A stretch of DNA of 64,000 nucleotides from Sedimentisphaerales bacterium (GTDB lineage Bacteria; Planctomycetota; Phycisphaerae; Sedimentisphaerales; SM23-30): assembly GCA_963663965.2 (NCBI GenBank), contig CAXXFK010000015.1, forward strand, positions 32,001 through 96,000, read 5' to 3'. The position numbers and the translations under genes were made by a program. Positions 18,679 through 29,721 of this stretch are shown here, piece after piece (the stretch's first letter is position 1; each line of letters opens with the position of its first letter). The notes beneath the pieces are model-generated. The model had not been told where the DNA came from. It saw only the letters and a list, made by a program, of their open reading frames with translations, and made no database searches.

Positions 18679-19743
18679 TCACTTGAGTTCCTCATCGAAT
18701 ACCACTGCCACCTTACCGCATTTACCACCAGCCATCAGTTCATAGGCCCGGCTGACCTGTTCCAGCGGGAAACGGTGTGTTATCAGTTTTTCGGGATGGA
18801 TACCCCAGCGAACGATGCGTTCGACGAGTTCTTCCATACGCCAGATGTTAGTAACCCATGATCCGTAAATGGTTTTCTGATCATGAATTATGTCGGGCGA
18901 TGGTTGAAATTCACAAGTACCGCCTTCTCCCAGAAAGACAATTTTGCCCCATTTGCGTGTGGCTTGAATACAGATTAAACGGGCTTTATTACTGGCAGAA
19001 CAATCGATTGACCGTTCAACGCCATATCCGCCGGTAAGCGCGCGTACCTGTTTAACATTATCCGGATCTGCCTTTAAAACTGTATCAAACAGGCCAAGAT
19101 CCCGGGCTATGCTGATTCGTTCATCAATCACCTCAATACCTATGATATTTTGCGCCCCCATGGCCCGCGCCAACATGGCGGAAGCCAGACCAACCGGCCC
19201 GAGTCCGGTGATTAAAACGGCGTCATTGCCGGAAATTCCAATTTTTTCCAGCCCTTCATAAACGGTACCAAAGCCGCAGGCAACCTGAGCGCCATCCGAA
19301 TAGGATAATTCATCCGGTAACAGCACCAGATCTTTTTCCTCAGCCAGCATATATTCGGCCATGCCGCCATCACGCTGCCAGCCATAAGCACGGCGAAATT
19401 GATCGCTGGTACAGGAGATCATGTAACCACGACGGCAATCATTACAGACACCACAACCGGAGATATGATAAATAATAACCCGATCATTTTCTTTGAACCG
19501 TCGACAACCTGGCCCTGCCTGAACGATCTGACCACATGGCTCATGGCCGGCAATCATGCCGGGTTGATACCCTTCGGGGCCTTTGCCCAGATGTTCGTGA
19601 TAGATACAGCGGATATCCGAACCGCAAATCGTTGAAGACTTGGTCTTAATCAGAACTTCTCCATGACCGGGGACTGGGATATCGAACTCTTGGATTTTCA
19701 CAGTACTGTTACCCGGTAATATTGCGCCTTTCATTTTAGTCAT
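18679..19743 (-). CDS. Zn-dependent alcohol/polyol dehydrogenase (YphC-like)
   Basis: ICGSD, GHEPCG, structural Zn CGVCNDC...C, GLGPVG; LPGNSTV and AYGWQRDGG strings recall E. coli YphC. Confidence 0.9.
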   Translation of the reverse strand: MTKMKGAILPGNSTVKIQEFDIPVPGHGEVLIKTKSSTICGSDIRCIYHEHLGKGPEGYQPGMIAGHEPCGQIVQAGPGCRRFKENDRVIIYHISGCGVCNDCRRGYMISCTSDQFRRAYGWQRDGGMAEYMLAEEKDLVLLPDELSYSDGAQVACGFGTVYEGLEKIGISGNDAVLITGLGPVGLASAMLARAMGAQNIIGIEVIDERISIARDLGLFDTVLKADPDNVKQVRALTGGYGVERSIDCSASNKARLICIQATRKWGKIVFLGEGGTCEFQPSPDIIHDQKTIYGSWVTNIWRMEELVERIVRWGIHPEKLITHRFPLEQVSRAYELMAGGKCGKVAVVFDEELK

Positions 19744-19766
19744 GATATTCTCCCTGATCACTAGGA

Positions 19767-21641
19767 TTACTTAGTTTTTGCCAGATCGATTTGCCAGAGA
19801 TTAACTGAATTATACCCGACTGCCTGTGGGTATAGTTTCAGATGATAAATACCCGGGGCAGCCAGTTGAAGGGTACCGATATCAACCTGTTTAACCTTGG
19901 CCCATCCGCCGGTTGCTGGTACCTCAAAAGCCAGTTCTTGTGATTCAATGGATAGTTTCAATTTGGATGGCGCCAACGAAGCAAAACTGCCTTTAATAAG
20001 ATAGCTGCCAGGTTCATTAATTTTAACCAGCCAATGGGCGCCTTCATCGGTTCTATCCCAGAATCCAATGTTGTCTTCGGATCCATTTTTGCTTTCCAGA
20101 TTGATGGTATCACCATCCAATACCGCTTGTGCGGCCTTCAGGCTGATTGTTTGTGCCTTAGAGAATGGATCCGCTTCCAGATCAAATCCGCTTAATTTAA
20201 AGACATAGGCATACTTACATGGCAGATCACCCGATATTGACGTAGTTTGTATGGTTATTTTGCCCTGATCGTCGATTTCATAGGGCGCCTTTGCTTTGGA
20301 ACCCAGCAATTGAACTCTGGCAGCAGGGCCTGCTTGTTTGATATGAACAGCGTCCAGTGTAACGGATTTTTCCGGCCAGCCCAGACAGATGGCATAAAGA
20401 TTTTTTCCATCTTTACTACGAGTGAATCGGATGTCCTGGGCTGTGTAGGTAATTGAGGGAAGGAATCCGCCGCCTTTTTTCATAATGGTTGGGCCCTGAC
20501 CGTAGATATCCCATGGCCGGGTGGCATAAATTGCTTCACCATTGACTTTGAGCCATGCCCCCATTTCGAGTAAGATTTTCTTCTGATCATCTGAAATGGT
20601 GCCATCCGCCTTGGGGCAGACATTGAGTAACAATACCCCATTTTTACTGACAATATCGATCAAAACATGAATCACTTCGACCGGGGGCTTTACATTTAAA
20701 CCCTGCACCCAACACCAACTGTTTGAGGCCGTCGAATCATCGGTTTGCCATAAGGCAGGGCTGGAATCCTTCATTCTTCCCCGTTCGATATCAAGCACCC
20801 CTACCCCTTCGGGTAAGTGGTCGCCTTTACGGGTAATAATCACCGGCTTATTCCATTGAGCTTCTTTGTTATAATAGTAAGCGGCAAATTCCTGCTTATA
20901 TTTATCCGGAATTTTCGCCAGTCCAAAATCGAACCAGATTTGATCCGGCTGATAGGCATCGATGACTTCCTTAAGTTTAGCCAGCCAGCGGCTGTGGGCT
21001 TTATCAGAATCCAGTTTTCCATAAAAATCGGCGTATTCAGGATCCGCGGTATCCCAGCCTTCCTTTACCGGGTAATACCCCTGGATATTGAAGGCATGAT
21101 GAAAAGAAGTAATGACTTTCATATCACGTTTACGGATTTCACGAACCAATTCACCAACAATATCACGCCGGGGTCCCATTTCGCCGGCGTTCCAACGATT
21201 GACTTTACTGGCCCACATGGAAAAACCATCATGATGCTCCGCAACAGGACCTGCGAATCTGGCACCGGAACGGGCATATAACTCCGCCCATTCGGCCGGA
21301 TCGAAGCTTTCCATCTTGAACATGGGAATAAAATCTTTGTAGCCAAATTCATTCTGATCGCCAAAATGTTTTTGGTGCCAGGAATAGGTTGAATTTGGAT
21401 TTGCGGCATCTTTTTCCATATACATATTGCGTGGATACCATTCATTACCATGTGCAGGCACACAATACACTCCCAGATGGGCGTAGATACCGAACTTGGC
21501 ATCCTGAAACCATTCAGGAACAGGGTGTTTGCTAAGAGACTCCCAGGTTTGCTCATACTGTTTAAAAGGCTGTGCGGATGTAATGGCTATCTGGAAGTCC
21601 AAAAAAATAACTAACGACAAAATTCCTGCTAATTTTTTCAT
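19767..21641 (-). CDS. Secreted alpha-L-fucosidase (GH29) with C-terminal CBM-like domain
   Basis: Signal peptide; WFQDAKFGIYAH, AEHHDGF, IWFD nucleophile, DIVSKNGVLLLN, WLKVNGEAIY. Confidence 0.92.
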   Translation of the reverse strand: MKKLAGILSLVIFLDFQIAITSAQPFKQYEQTWESLSKHPVPEWFQDAKFGIYAHLGVYCVPAHGNEWYPRNMYMEKDAANPNSTYSWHQKHFGDQNEFGYKDFIPMFKMESFDPAEWAELYARSGARFAGPVAEHHDGFSMWASKVNRWNAGEMGPRRDIVGELVREIRKRDMKVITSFHHAFNIQGYYPVKEGWDTADPEYADFYGKLDSDKAHSRWLAKLKEVIDAYQPDQIWFDFGLAKIPDKYKQEFAAYYYNKEAQWNKPVIITRKGDHLPEGVGVLDIERGRMKDSSPALWQTDDSTASNSWCWVQGLNVKPPVEVIHVLIDIVSKNGVLLLNVCPKADGTISDDQKKILLEMGAWLKVNGEAIYATRPWDIYGQGPTIMKKGGGFLPSITYTAQDIRFTRSKDGKNLYAICLGWPEKSVTLDAVHIKQAGPAARVQLLGSKAKAPYEIDDQGKITIQTTSISGDLPCKYAYVFKLSGFDLEADPFSKAQTISLKAAQAVLDGDTINLESKNGSEDNIGFWDRTDEGAHWLVKINEPGSYLIKGSFASLAPSKLKLSIESQELAFEVPATGGWAKVKQVDIGTLQLAAPGIYHLKLYPQAVGYNSVNLWQIDLAKTK

Positions 21642-21708
21642 AACTTATCCTTTCCTTATGACGAGAGAACTATCTCCATAAATCAATATGTTCATTTTTA
21701 TGAATAAA

Positions 21709-22734
21709 TCAAGGCGGTGTAATTTCACCATTGATATCCCATAAATCCTCCCAACTCTGATTATCTTTCCAGAGGAAGACCTGGCCTTTGATGAAACGAC
21801 AGTTTTTATCAATACCGGCGATTGCCTGCATGTCTGAATCAGTAAGCGGTTGGGCAATAACCGCTTCCAGATTTTGCCGATAGTGATTGATTGAGAAAGG
21901 AATCGGTATCTGGCCGCGTTGCACTGCCCATTTAAGGCAAACAACCGCAGGACTTACCCCAAGGCGTCTGGCAATATCAATGACAACCGGATCTTCCGTT
22001 GGCACGGTATCATCAGGTGTTCGATCCCGTTCAGGACGGCCAGGAGAACCGATAGGACAATACCCTATCGGCACTATGCTGTTTTCGATACAAAAGTCAA
22101 ACAACTCCGGCTGCTGAAAATGGGGATGTAATTCCATCTCATTACATACTGGCTTGATTTTCGCATCTCTTAATAAGAGTTCCAACTTGGGAATTGTCAT
22201 ATTCGAGGTACCGATATGTCGAACTAAACCCATCTCGACCAGGCGTTCCAACTGGCGCCAGGTCTTCATGTAATTATCGTGGATGTAAGGTTTTGCATCG
22301 GCACTCCGGGAAGTGACATCGCACTGTGGCGGATGATAATTCGGAAATGGCCAGTGTACCAGATACAAATCCAGATAATCCAGGCGGAGATCTTTCAGCG
22401 TTTGGGCACAAGATAGTAATACATCGCCGGGACCATGCATATCGTTCCATAATTTCGAGGTAATCCAGACTTCTTCCCGTATGATTGCACCGCTGGCGAA
22501 TACTTCATCCAGAGCACAACCAATTTGAGATTCGTTCCCGTAAACCGACGCACAATCTAAATGCCGGTAACCTATGGATATCGCTTTTTTTACGGTTTCA
22601 GCAACCTGATCGTGGGTGACATGATCAGAACCAAAGGTACCTAATCCTATCGCCGGTATTTTCAGGCCATTGGATAACACTTTGACGGGCACTAACGATG
22701 GATCAACCGTATCTGGAGCAATTTGAAATGTCAT
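21709..22734 (-). CDS. Aldo/keto reductase
   Basis: IGLGTFG, DCASVYGNE, ITSKLW, DYLDLYLVHWP, IGTSN. Confidence 0.93.
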   Translation of the reverse strand: MTFQIAPDTVDPSLVPVKVLSNGLKIPAIGLGTFGSDHVTHDQVAETVKKAISIGYRHLDCASVYGNESQIGCALDEVFASGAIIREEVWITSKLWNDMHGPGDVLLSCAQTLKDLRLDYLDLYLVHWPFPNYHPPQCDVTSRSADAKPYIHDNYMKTWRQLERLVEMGLVRHIGTSNMTIPKLELLLRDAKIKPVCNEMELHPHFQQPELFDFCIENSIVPIGYCPIGSPGRPERDRTPDDTVPTEDPVVIDIARRLGVSPAVVCLKWAVQRGQIPIPFSINHYRQNLEAVIAQPLTDSDMQAIAGIDKNCRFIKGQVFLWKDNQSWEDLWDINGEITPP

Positions 22735-22883
22735 TAGCCGGTCCTCAATTTATTTTTTATACAATATTTATGTACGATTTATTAGAATAGAGATATAATC
22801 CATATAATTACCGATCAGAAGGACATTTGAAATAGACTTTTTTTATAATCTTTGCACTTTTTTTAGATCAGGCGAACCGGGCT

Positions 22884-23768
22884 ATGTTAAAATATCTGCT
22901 TGATGAGATGCAAATCGACATACTCAATATTGAATTATATCGAGTACATCGTGAATGGAACCATAACAATGTCAGCAGCCCATACACTCGAATCTATCTC
23001 ATAACCGATGGATATGGCCTGCTAACCATTAATGGCAATCAATATACTCTGGAACCGGGGAATGCGTATATTATTCCGGCCTTTACACTGGTCGACATGG
23101 AATGCCCCGAGTCGTTTGAACATTATTATATCCATTTAACCGCACATTTACCTGATGGTTTAAATTTATTTTCACTGGTGGAATGCGATTATAAAATTCC
23201 CCTCAGCAGCGAAGGGATTCATTTGTGGCATTTTCAGCGTTTGCTCCAATTGAATCCGGGTCTGGAATTGATCGAACGTGACGCCAAAAAGCCAATTTAC
23301 AAATCCATGCTGGAACGTTGTGAACGGCTAAATGAAACACGTTCCGCACGTGAGTTGATCGAAAGCAATGGACTTATCCGTTTATTACTGGCGGCTTTTA
23401 TCAAGCCGGAAAAGCAGGCCGCCAGCCATTCTTCATTTTTGGGTTATCATCGTTTCCAGAAAGTTTTTAAATACATCCAGCAAAATCTGCATAAAGAGTT
23501 CTCGCTGACAGACCTGGCCGGTATTATGGATCTTAACCCGGCATACTTTTCCAGCCTTTTCACCCAAACCATGGGTATCTCCCCAATTGATTTTGTCAAT
23601 AAGCGGCGTATTGAGTCGGCCCAGCGGTTATTACTTGGCACCCATAAAACACTGAAAGAAATTGCGGCGCAGACTGGATTTAAAGATGTCTATTATTTTT
23701 CCCGCATGTTTAAAAAAATAGCCGGCATACCACCTGCCGGCTATCGAAAACGTTTATTTGATCTTTGA
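22884..23768 (+). CDS. AraC-family transcriptional regulator
   Basis: N-terminal cupin; C-terminal double HTH LAGIMDLNPAYFSSLF...IAAQTGFKDVYYFSRMFKK; divergent from the sugar operon. Confidence 0.93.
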   Translation: MLKYLLDEMQIDILNIELYRVHREWNHNNVSSPYTRIYLITDGYGLLTINGNQYTLEPGNAYIIPAFTLVDMECPESFEHYYIHLTAHLPDGLNLFSLVECDYKIPLSSEGIHLWHFQRLLQLNPGLELIERDAKKPIYKSMLERCERLNETRSARELIESNGLIRLLLAAFIKPEKQAASHSSFLGYHRFQKVFKYIQQNLHKEFSLTDLAGIMDLNPAYFSSLFTQTMGISPIDFVNKRRIESAQRLLLGTHKTLKEIAAQTGFKDVYYFSRMFKKIAGIPPAGYRKRLFDL

Positions 23769-23776
23769 TCGGTCTT

Positions 23777-26176
23777 TTAATTTGCTTTGACACGATAGAG
23801 TGCAATGGTATAGGGTTGAGCAACAATCGTGTCCAGGGTTGATATCGAATTGATCGTTTCAATTTTAACCTGAGGTTCTTTGCCCGGTTCATTATAAGCC
23901 AATGGCTGTTTGCCATCAATAATCCAGGCTTTTTCGACCGGGCCTAATTTGACATTATCGAGCTTAAGATTCAATGTCCAGATATCCATAGAAGGATTAA
24001 CGACTGCAATAGTCATTGCCTTTTTATCCGCAGTCCAGGCAGCAGAAACATCAACAGGATCATAATTTCCCTGCACGGCAACAGGGATAACGCCAAATTC
24101 CTTGCGATACAACATTAATGGCAACGCAGTGGTATCGAATCCCGCTTCGGTCTTGGTCGTCTTGATACAACCGATGACATTGACAGTCTGGGCATAATTG
24201 GCCATATAGCAGATATCGCTATTGCGGTAATATTCATGTAAGCCCGCGGCGACTCCCAACATATCACGGGTATAATAGCGCGTCCCCAGTTCGCCATATA
24301 TATGCGGTCCATACCAATAGTTCCATTCATCCATCGCGATACGGATATCTTTGCCCTGCAAGGCTTCGATGTCACGACGATAGCGGCGATGGGCGTTGCA
24401 TTTATTCCTGATAGCATCCACCATCTGTTTGACATGGGCCGGTACATTGGATCGGTTCTGGCAATAGAAATGTTCACTGAGATAATCCATATGATCAGCA
24501 CAATTGCGCAGCATGCCTTCTGACCAGCGACCGGCATCACCCACGCCAACCGCAATAATGTCCGGATCAACCTTACGCATCATGGATTCAACCCAGTTAT
24601 GCTTGAGGACATAGTGATTCAGGGCCATATATCCCAATTGCCAGGAGCCGAACATTTCGTTACCTACACACCACCACTTGACATTGTACGGCGCCTTGTG
24701 ACCATTTTGGGTGCGCCATTTTCCCATGCGTGTCTTCGAATCTCCGTTACAATACTCCACTTCATCCGCGGCTGAGTAAGCATCGCCAAAACCGGTATTT
24801 ACCGCAATCATCGGCTCGGTATCTATCAACCGACACAACTCGATAAATTCATCGATACCCACATCGTTGGTTTCGATTCCGGTCCAGGCGGGATTACGGC
24901 GGGTAGGTCTCAAGTCCGGATCGCCTATCCCATCGCGCCAATCGTAACCACTGACAAAATTCCCACCCGGCCAGCGATAAACCGGCGCATTGAGTTGCTT
25001 TAACAACTCCAGAGTGTCTGCCCGGAATCCATTGATATTATCATCGGGCATTAATGAGACGGCCCCAATGCAGATACTGCCTTCCCCTTTACCAATGATT
25101 TCCAGACGACCATGGTCGGTTGAACTTTTTGCTTTCAGGGTGAAATGATATTTTTTATAGTCTTTGGATATTCTCTTAATCGTATAAACCGAAACGGCTA
25201 AGTCATCCTTACCGGAAACGAGACGGAGCTCAACCGATCCTTTAAAGTTGCCTGACAATACGATTCTGCCAACATATTCTTTGCCTGCTACAAGGCCCAA
25301 TTCATCCTGGGATAAACCCACTGGCTGGTCGTCAACTTCAATACAAGGGGTATGTTCCTCTCCATAACATCCCTCGACAATCATTTTGACCGAATCCAGA
25401 TTTCCAATAACCTTCCAGGGTGAGTCACGTAATACTCTTGCGCCCTGGCCGGTAACTACCCAGGTGTCATTTTTCGCCGGAATGTCGTAATGGAATTTCC
25501 GGTCTTCCAGCATCTCAGCCCAGATACCGCCATAAATACAACGTCCCAGATGTTCGATAAACTGCCCATAGATATATTTAGAAATGGGTTCATTTGTTGA
25601 ACTTCCATCGATTTCAATAAAGGCAGACATTTGTTTTGGTTCAGGAGCGGGAATCGGCCCTAATTCCTCTAATGTCACATCATCATACCATGCTTTACCG
25701 GTCGCCTGTCCCCAACCACCAAATAAACAATTAACCGTAATGGAATCCGACACTTCGGTTTCAAATTCAATCTTCAGTTGTGTCCAGTCCTGACTACCTT
25801 TGATTCCCTTAGATCGCGCATCCTCTAAACCATGGATATTGAATAAGGCGCCATAAGCATTTTCGGCCACAAGGTTTTCGGTTTTCACCCAGCCGGTCAG
25901 ACGGTATCGCATTAAAGGCTTCGCGGGAATATTCTGCGACCAGGCGGCGTCTGCCCCGGAAGTCGATTCGATCATGACACATTTAGAACCGGTCCGTCCA
26001 CTGTCGGCCAGTTGAAAACGAGCCCGCCCTCCCCAAGTGTTCGGCATCCATCCAGAAGGATTCTGGCCATCAATTTTTTCGAATGAAGCATTTACGATTA
26101 TATTATCTGCACTCCATACCATGCCAAGCGGAAGACTGAAAGCCAATAGTAGAAAACCCAGAAAAATAGTACGCAT
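23777..26176 (-). CDS. Secreted alpha-L-arabinofuranosidase (GH51) with N-terminal CBM4/9-like module
   Basis: IYGQFIEHLGRCIYGG, RWPGGNF, VGNE acid/base, MDEWN nucleophile, AQTVNV; N-terminal NASFE...WYDDV. Confidence 0.92.
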   Translation of the reverse strand: MRTIFLGFLLLAFSLPLGMVWSADNIIVNASFEKIDGQNPSGWMPNTWGGRARFQLADSGRTGSKCVMIESTSGADAAWSQNIPAKPLMRYRLTGWVKTENLVAENAYGALFNIHGLEDARSKGIKGSQDWTQLKIEFETEVSDSITVNCLFGGWGQATGKAWYDDVTLEELGPIPAPEPKQMSAFIEIDGSSTNEPISKYIYGQFIEHLGRCIYGGIWAEMLEDRKFHYDIPAKNDTWVVTGQGARVLRDSPWKVIGNLDSVKMIVEGCYGEEHTPCIEVDDQPVGLSQDELGLVAGKEYVGRIVLSGNFKGSVELRLVSGKDDLAVSVYTIKRISKDYKKYHFTLKAKSSTDHGRLEIIGKGEGSICIGAVSLMPDDNINGFRADTLELLKQLNAPVYRWPGGNFVSGYDWRDGIGDPDLRPTRRNPAWTGIETNDVGIDEFIELCRLIDTEPMIAVNTGFGDAYSAADEVEYCNGDSKTRMGKWRTQNGHKAPYNVKWWCVGNEMFGSWQLGYMALNHYVLKHNWVESMMRKVDPDIIAVGVGDAGRWSEGMLRNCADHMDYLSEHFYCQNRSNVPAHVKQMVDAIRNKCNAHRRYRRDIEALQGKDIRIAMDEWNYWYGPHIYGELGTRYYTRDMLGVAAGLHEYYRNSDICYMANYAQTVNVIGCIKTTKTEAGFDTTALPLMLYRKEFGVIPVAVQGNYDPVDVSAAWTADKKAMTIAVVNPSMDIWTLNLKLDNVKLGPVEKAWIIDGKQPLAYNEPGKEPQVKIETINSISTLDTIVAQPYTIALYRVKAN

Positions 26177-26382
26177 GATAAACTCCTTGTAAAAGAATCA
26201 GATCAGCATTCGAAAAATAAGCTGTAACGCTATACTTTAACTCAAAGATGCAAATAACTTGAATCTTTAAGATTTGTCATAAAGTTGTTATTTTGCGAGA
26301 TTTTTATAATAAGTCTATTTCAAATACTGAACAATACGTTTTTCCACAAATTATTCACCATTTTGCGTTTCTAAGTAATACC

Positions 26383-29300
26383 TTATTGTTTCTGCAATAT
26401 CATAACCGGTCCCAGTAACCCTGAATCTTCCAGTTTCATATCCGGCTTGAATCGGATATTGCTATTGGTCTGCCTTTTGTCATTGGGAAAACCTGAGTCG
26501 CCGATCATTCGATTCCACCAAGAATTGACTACTTGAATGACCAGATCATTCGATCCTGTTCGCAAAGCTGAAGTCACCTCAATTTGATGCGGGCTGGTCC
26601 ACAAAACTCCCAGATCCTTGCCATTCAATTTAATCCGGGCAAATCCGACATCCAGAACACGCCCCAGATCGAGCCAGTACTGCTGATTAGACGCCGGATT
26701 AAAACTAAAGCTCGTTTGATAACTTGCTTCACCCGAATAATACTTAATATTGGGATTGGAGTGATCTATCCAACTCGATAAACTGTTGAACGGAACTGGA
26801 ACAGCCGGCCCCCCTCGCCTGGCATCGAAACGAACATGCCATGGTCCGTCAATATTCTTAATCGGCTTTAAATTGGGTTTCAGATCATTTTTTGCTAATG
26901 TTGTACTGGAATTCAGATTATTACTGAATATTACAAATAGAGAACCATAAGGATTGAATGGCAAAGCAATTTCTGTTCGATTCTCTTTTCGATTTATGTC
27001 TGCCGCTTGAATCAGGCCAGTAACAGGATCCCATACTTCTACATGCTGGCTTGTCGTCCGGAACGAACAAACAGGTTCAACTTCGTTTTCCATTTGATTA
27101 CAAACAAAATATAAATCTCCATCATCAATTTCATAATGAATATAATCAATCGCGCCCTTAGTCAAATTGTCATTAACGACAAAATCTGGGGCGACCTTAA
27201 GCGACCTGAGTACATCACGCGTCTCTTCACCCCAGATCAGAGTGCCATTTCCAATCTTTTTTTGTCCCGATTGGGTATCGGACCAAAGCTCATCCGATAG
27301 TGTCATAAATTGCTTTTGCGCTGAATCGCCACCGACCAAGCTGACTAATCGCTGAGGTTTTGGGCCAAGAATCGTTGCGCCACCTCGCAAGAGGTCGTTA
27401 ATTTTTTTCAATGCAGCCATCGATAGCACTTTATGATCAGGCAGAACCAATAATCGATATTTAACGCCACCCGGTACAACTACCAGACCATTCTCAACAT
27501 GCAATTGCAACAGGATTTCTTCAGTTGTTGCATCATAATCGTATCCGGGCAATACCCCGGCAGGGTCGGCTTCTTTCAATTTCATTAAATTGGGAACATG
27601 ATCACCCATATAATACAATACATCCGCGACAAAACGACCCTGGCGTAACATGTAATGGCAGCGGTTAATATATTGAAAAAATGGATCGGAGTAATCCCAC
27701 CAGGTAACCTGGGGATTAATATGGGTTCCAGCGAAATATTCCTGACCCGGAAGTCCCATACTGGGAGGAGAACAGGTAAAAGTATGCAGAAAAATCATAT
27801 TCAACCCCGAGCAGAACTCATGATCCATGCTGGGCTTCTGTTCATGCCACAAGCAATCATTCCAATGAGGGCCAATTGTAGTAAATGCTTCCGCAGCAAC
27901 CAGTTTTTTGCCATAGATATGAGCTACCGAGGAGGCCTGTTTGCAATAGAAACGGTGTTCCGGGGTTGGTCGATGTGGGGAAGGCGCCCAGAACTCGCCC
28001 ATGACAATATCACTTCGCCCCAGATTCTTGATCGCATCCAGTGGGCCGGAGTGGGGACCTCCGGATTCAGGTTGTATTTGCAAATTATATTTGTGAGCTG
28101 TTTGTGCAAAAGTACGATAATGGTTATTCGCAATACAATCAGCGATGACCTTGCGGAAATCCGCCAGGAAGGCATTGCTGGCCGTACGATTATCGACAAT
28201 TTTTCCGGCTACAACTGGCAACCAGGGGATTATATCATATCCACAATACTTTTTGAATTCTGAAGCGAAATCATCAGTCCAATTCATGCCGCCACACTCC
28301 CAACTGTCAGTTTCGAGTTGTTTGAGTGTCGTCCCGACGTGATCGCCAGCTCTCTGAAAAATGGGCTCTATGATTTCGTTCCAATATCTTAAAAATGCAT
28401 CCTGACTCAGGTAATCCACCACCCTGCCGGTCCAGTCACCGCTACTGGTTGAAACGTGTGCGTTTGTGCAGGTATAACCCATTCTCATAACGTGCCATCG
28501 TCCTGGGGGTGCCTGCCATTGCAAACGACCATTAGCAGCCATTTTGTCGGTGATATTAATTATTTCCGTAAGCTTTACATCTTCCTCGCCTGGCACTGCT
28601 GGAATGTCATCCAGCAAAAAACGGCAATCGGGAGCGGCGAAGCTGCCTTCGCGGAAAGCAGCTTTCAAGTCCAAATCCCGGATTGGCTGTCTGGTTTTCG
28701 CACCTAATAATGGAGCCCCCTCCTTGCCAAATATGGATACTTCAGTTACCTGCACATTTCGGGAATTCTGAGGATAGCCTGGATCGAATGATTCATCGAA
28801 GATGAGTCGTATCAATCGAATACTGGTTAATGGAAATGACAAATCGATGGTTTTACCATCAGTTGCCTTGAATACTCCGGCCTCTTTTAATGAATTTGCA
28901 GATTTCCCAATCAAAATTTTTCCTGCCTTGGGCCCATATCCTGTTCGACCCTCAATTCGAATCGATTGAATTTCGATATTTGCGCCTAAATCCAATTCCA
29001 ACCATTCATTTCGACCTGCTCCCGGCCCTTCTCCAGGATTTTCACCATAACTAACCCAGAAACTATCCCGTTTACCATCCAGGACATTCTGGGCGGGATA
29101 TTCTTTTCGCTCTGAACTGGCTTTGATAGTAATATTGTTCACTTTAGCACTTTCGACATCTTTTACCGGCCAGGCAAGCACACAAATATCTCGATAAAAA
29201 TCATACCGATTTCGGGGAACTGGCAAATCAATCATGCTATTCTGACTATCCATATCCAGTTCGGACCAGGTGAGTTCTTTAGCAGCATATTCTGGCGTCA

Positions 29301-29721
29301 CGTTCGGTCCACCCAAATTCCAGCCACTTTGAATCGATAAACCCAATTGCAAATTCAGGCGTCTGGCTTCATTTAAAGCATGACAAAACAAATCAACCCA
29401 TTCTTTACTGCCATAAAGAGGACCGGCAGGAACTGGACTATGCCCCCCTTGGGTTGCCCCTCCCGCGTCAAAAACCATTGCTCCGCTGAAGCCTTTGGCT
29501 TTCATGGCTTCCAGATCTTTAGTAATTGCCGCTTTATCAACATTTCCATTTAACCACCACCACCAGCAACGTAAACCGTATTCCTGCTGAGGTGGATTTT
29601 TGAAATCCTCCTGATTAATACCGAATACAGGATGAAAAGCCATACCCGCAAAAAAAACCAGCAATACTATATTTATCTTTATCCTGTGTAAAACGCTTCC
29701 CGGATCAATTCGCAATTTCAT
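26383..29721 (-). CDS. GH106-family alpha-L-rhamnosidase-like hydrolase with inserted F5/8 (CBM32) domain
   Basis: WWWWLNGNV, DLEAMK, SGWNLGGP, TDSWE, MGEFW, ASSVAHIYG, AEAFT; discoidin insert ASSE...LDG...WLELDLG. Confidence 0.85.
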   Translation of the reverse strand: MKLRIDPGSVLHRIKINIVLLVFFAGMAFHPVFGINQEDFKNPPQQEYGLRCWWWWLNGNVDKAAITKDLEAMKAKGFSGAMVFDAGGATQGGHSPVPAGPLYGSKEWVDLFCHALNEARRLNLQLGLSIQSGWNLGGPNVTPEYAAKELTWSELDMDSQNSMIDLPVPRNRYDFYRDICVLAWPVKDVESAKVNNITIKASSERKEYPAQNVLDGKRDSFWVSYGENPGEGPGAGRNEWLELDLGANIEIQSIRIEGRTGYGPKAGKILIGKSANSLKEAGVFKATDGKTIDLSFPLTSIRLIRLIFDESFDPGYPQNSRNVQVTEVSIFGKEGAPLLGAKTRQPIRDLDLKAAFREGSFAAPDCRFLLDDIPAVPGEEDVKLTEIINITDKMAANGRLQWQAPPGRWHVMRMGYTCTNAHVSTSSGDWTGRVVDYLSQDAFLRYWNEIIEPIFQRAGDHVGTTLKQLETDSWECGGMNWTDDFASEFKKYCGYDIIPWLPVVAGKIVDNRTASNAFLADFRKVIADCIANNHYRTFAQTAHKYNLQIQPESGGPHSGPLDAIKNLGRSDIVMGEFWAPSPHRPTPEHRFYCKQASSVAHIYGKKLVAAEAFTTIGPHWNDCLWHEQKPSMDHEFCSGLNMIFLHTFTCSPPSMGLPGQEYFAGTHINPQVTWWDYSDPFFQYINRCHYMLRQGRFVADVLYYMGDHVPNLMKLKEADPAGVLPGYDYDATTEEILLQLHVENGLVVVPGGVKYRLLVLPDHKVLSMAALKKINDLLRGGATILGPKPQRLVSLVGGDSAQKQFMTLSDELWSDTQSGQKKIGNGTLIWGEETRDVLRSLKVAPDFVVNDNLTKGAIDYIHYEIDDGDLYFVCNQMENEVEPVCSFRTTSQHVEVWDPVTGLIQAADINRKENRTEIALPFNPYGSLFVIFSNNLNSSTTLAKNDLKPNLKPIKNIDGPWHVRFDARRGGPAVPVPFNSLSSWIDHSNPNIKYYSGEASYQTSFSFNPASNQQYWLDLGRVLDVGFARIKLNGKDLGVLWTSPHQIEVTSALRTGSNDLVIQVVNSWWNRMIGDSGFPNDKRQTNSNIRFKPDMKLEDSGLLGPVMILQKQ

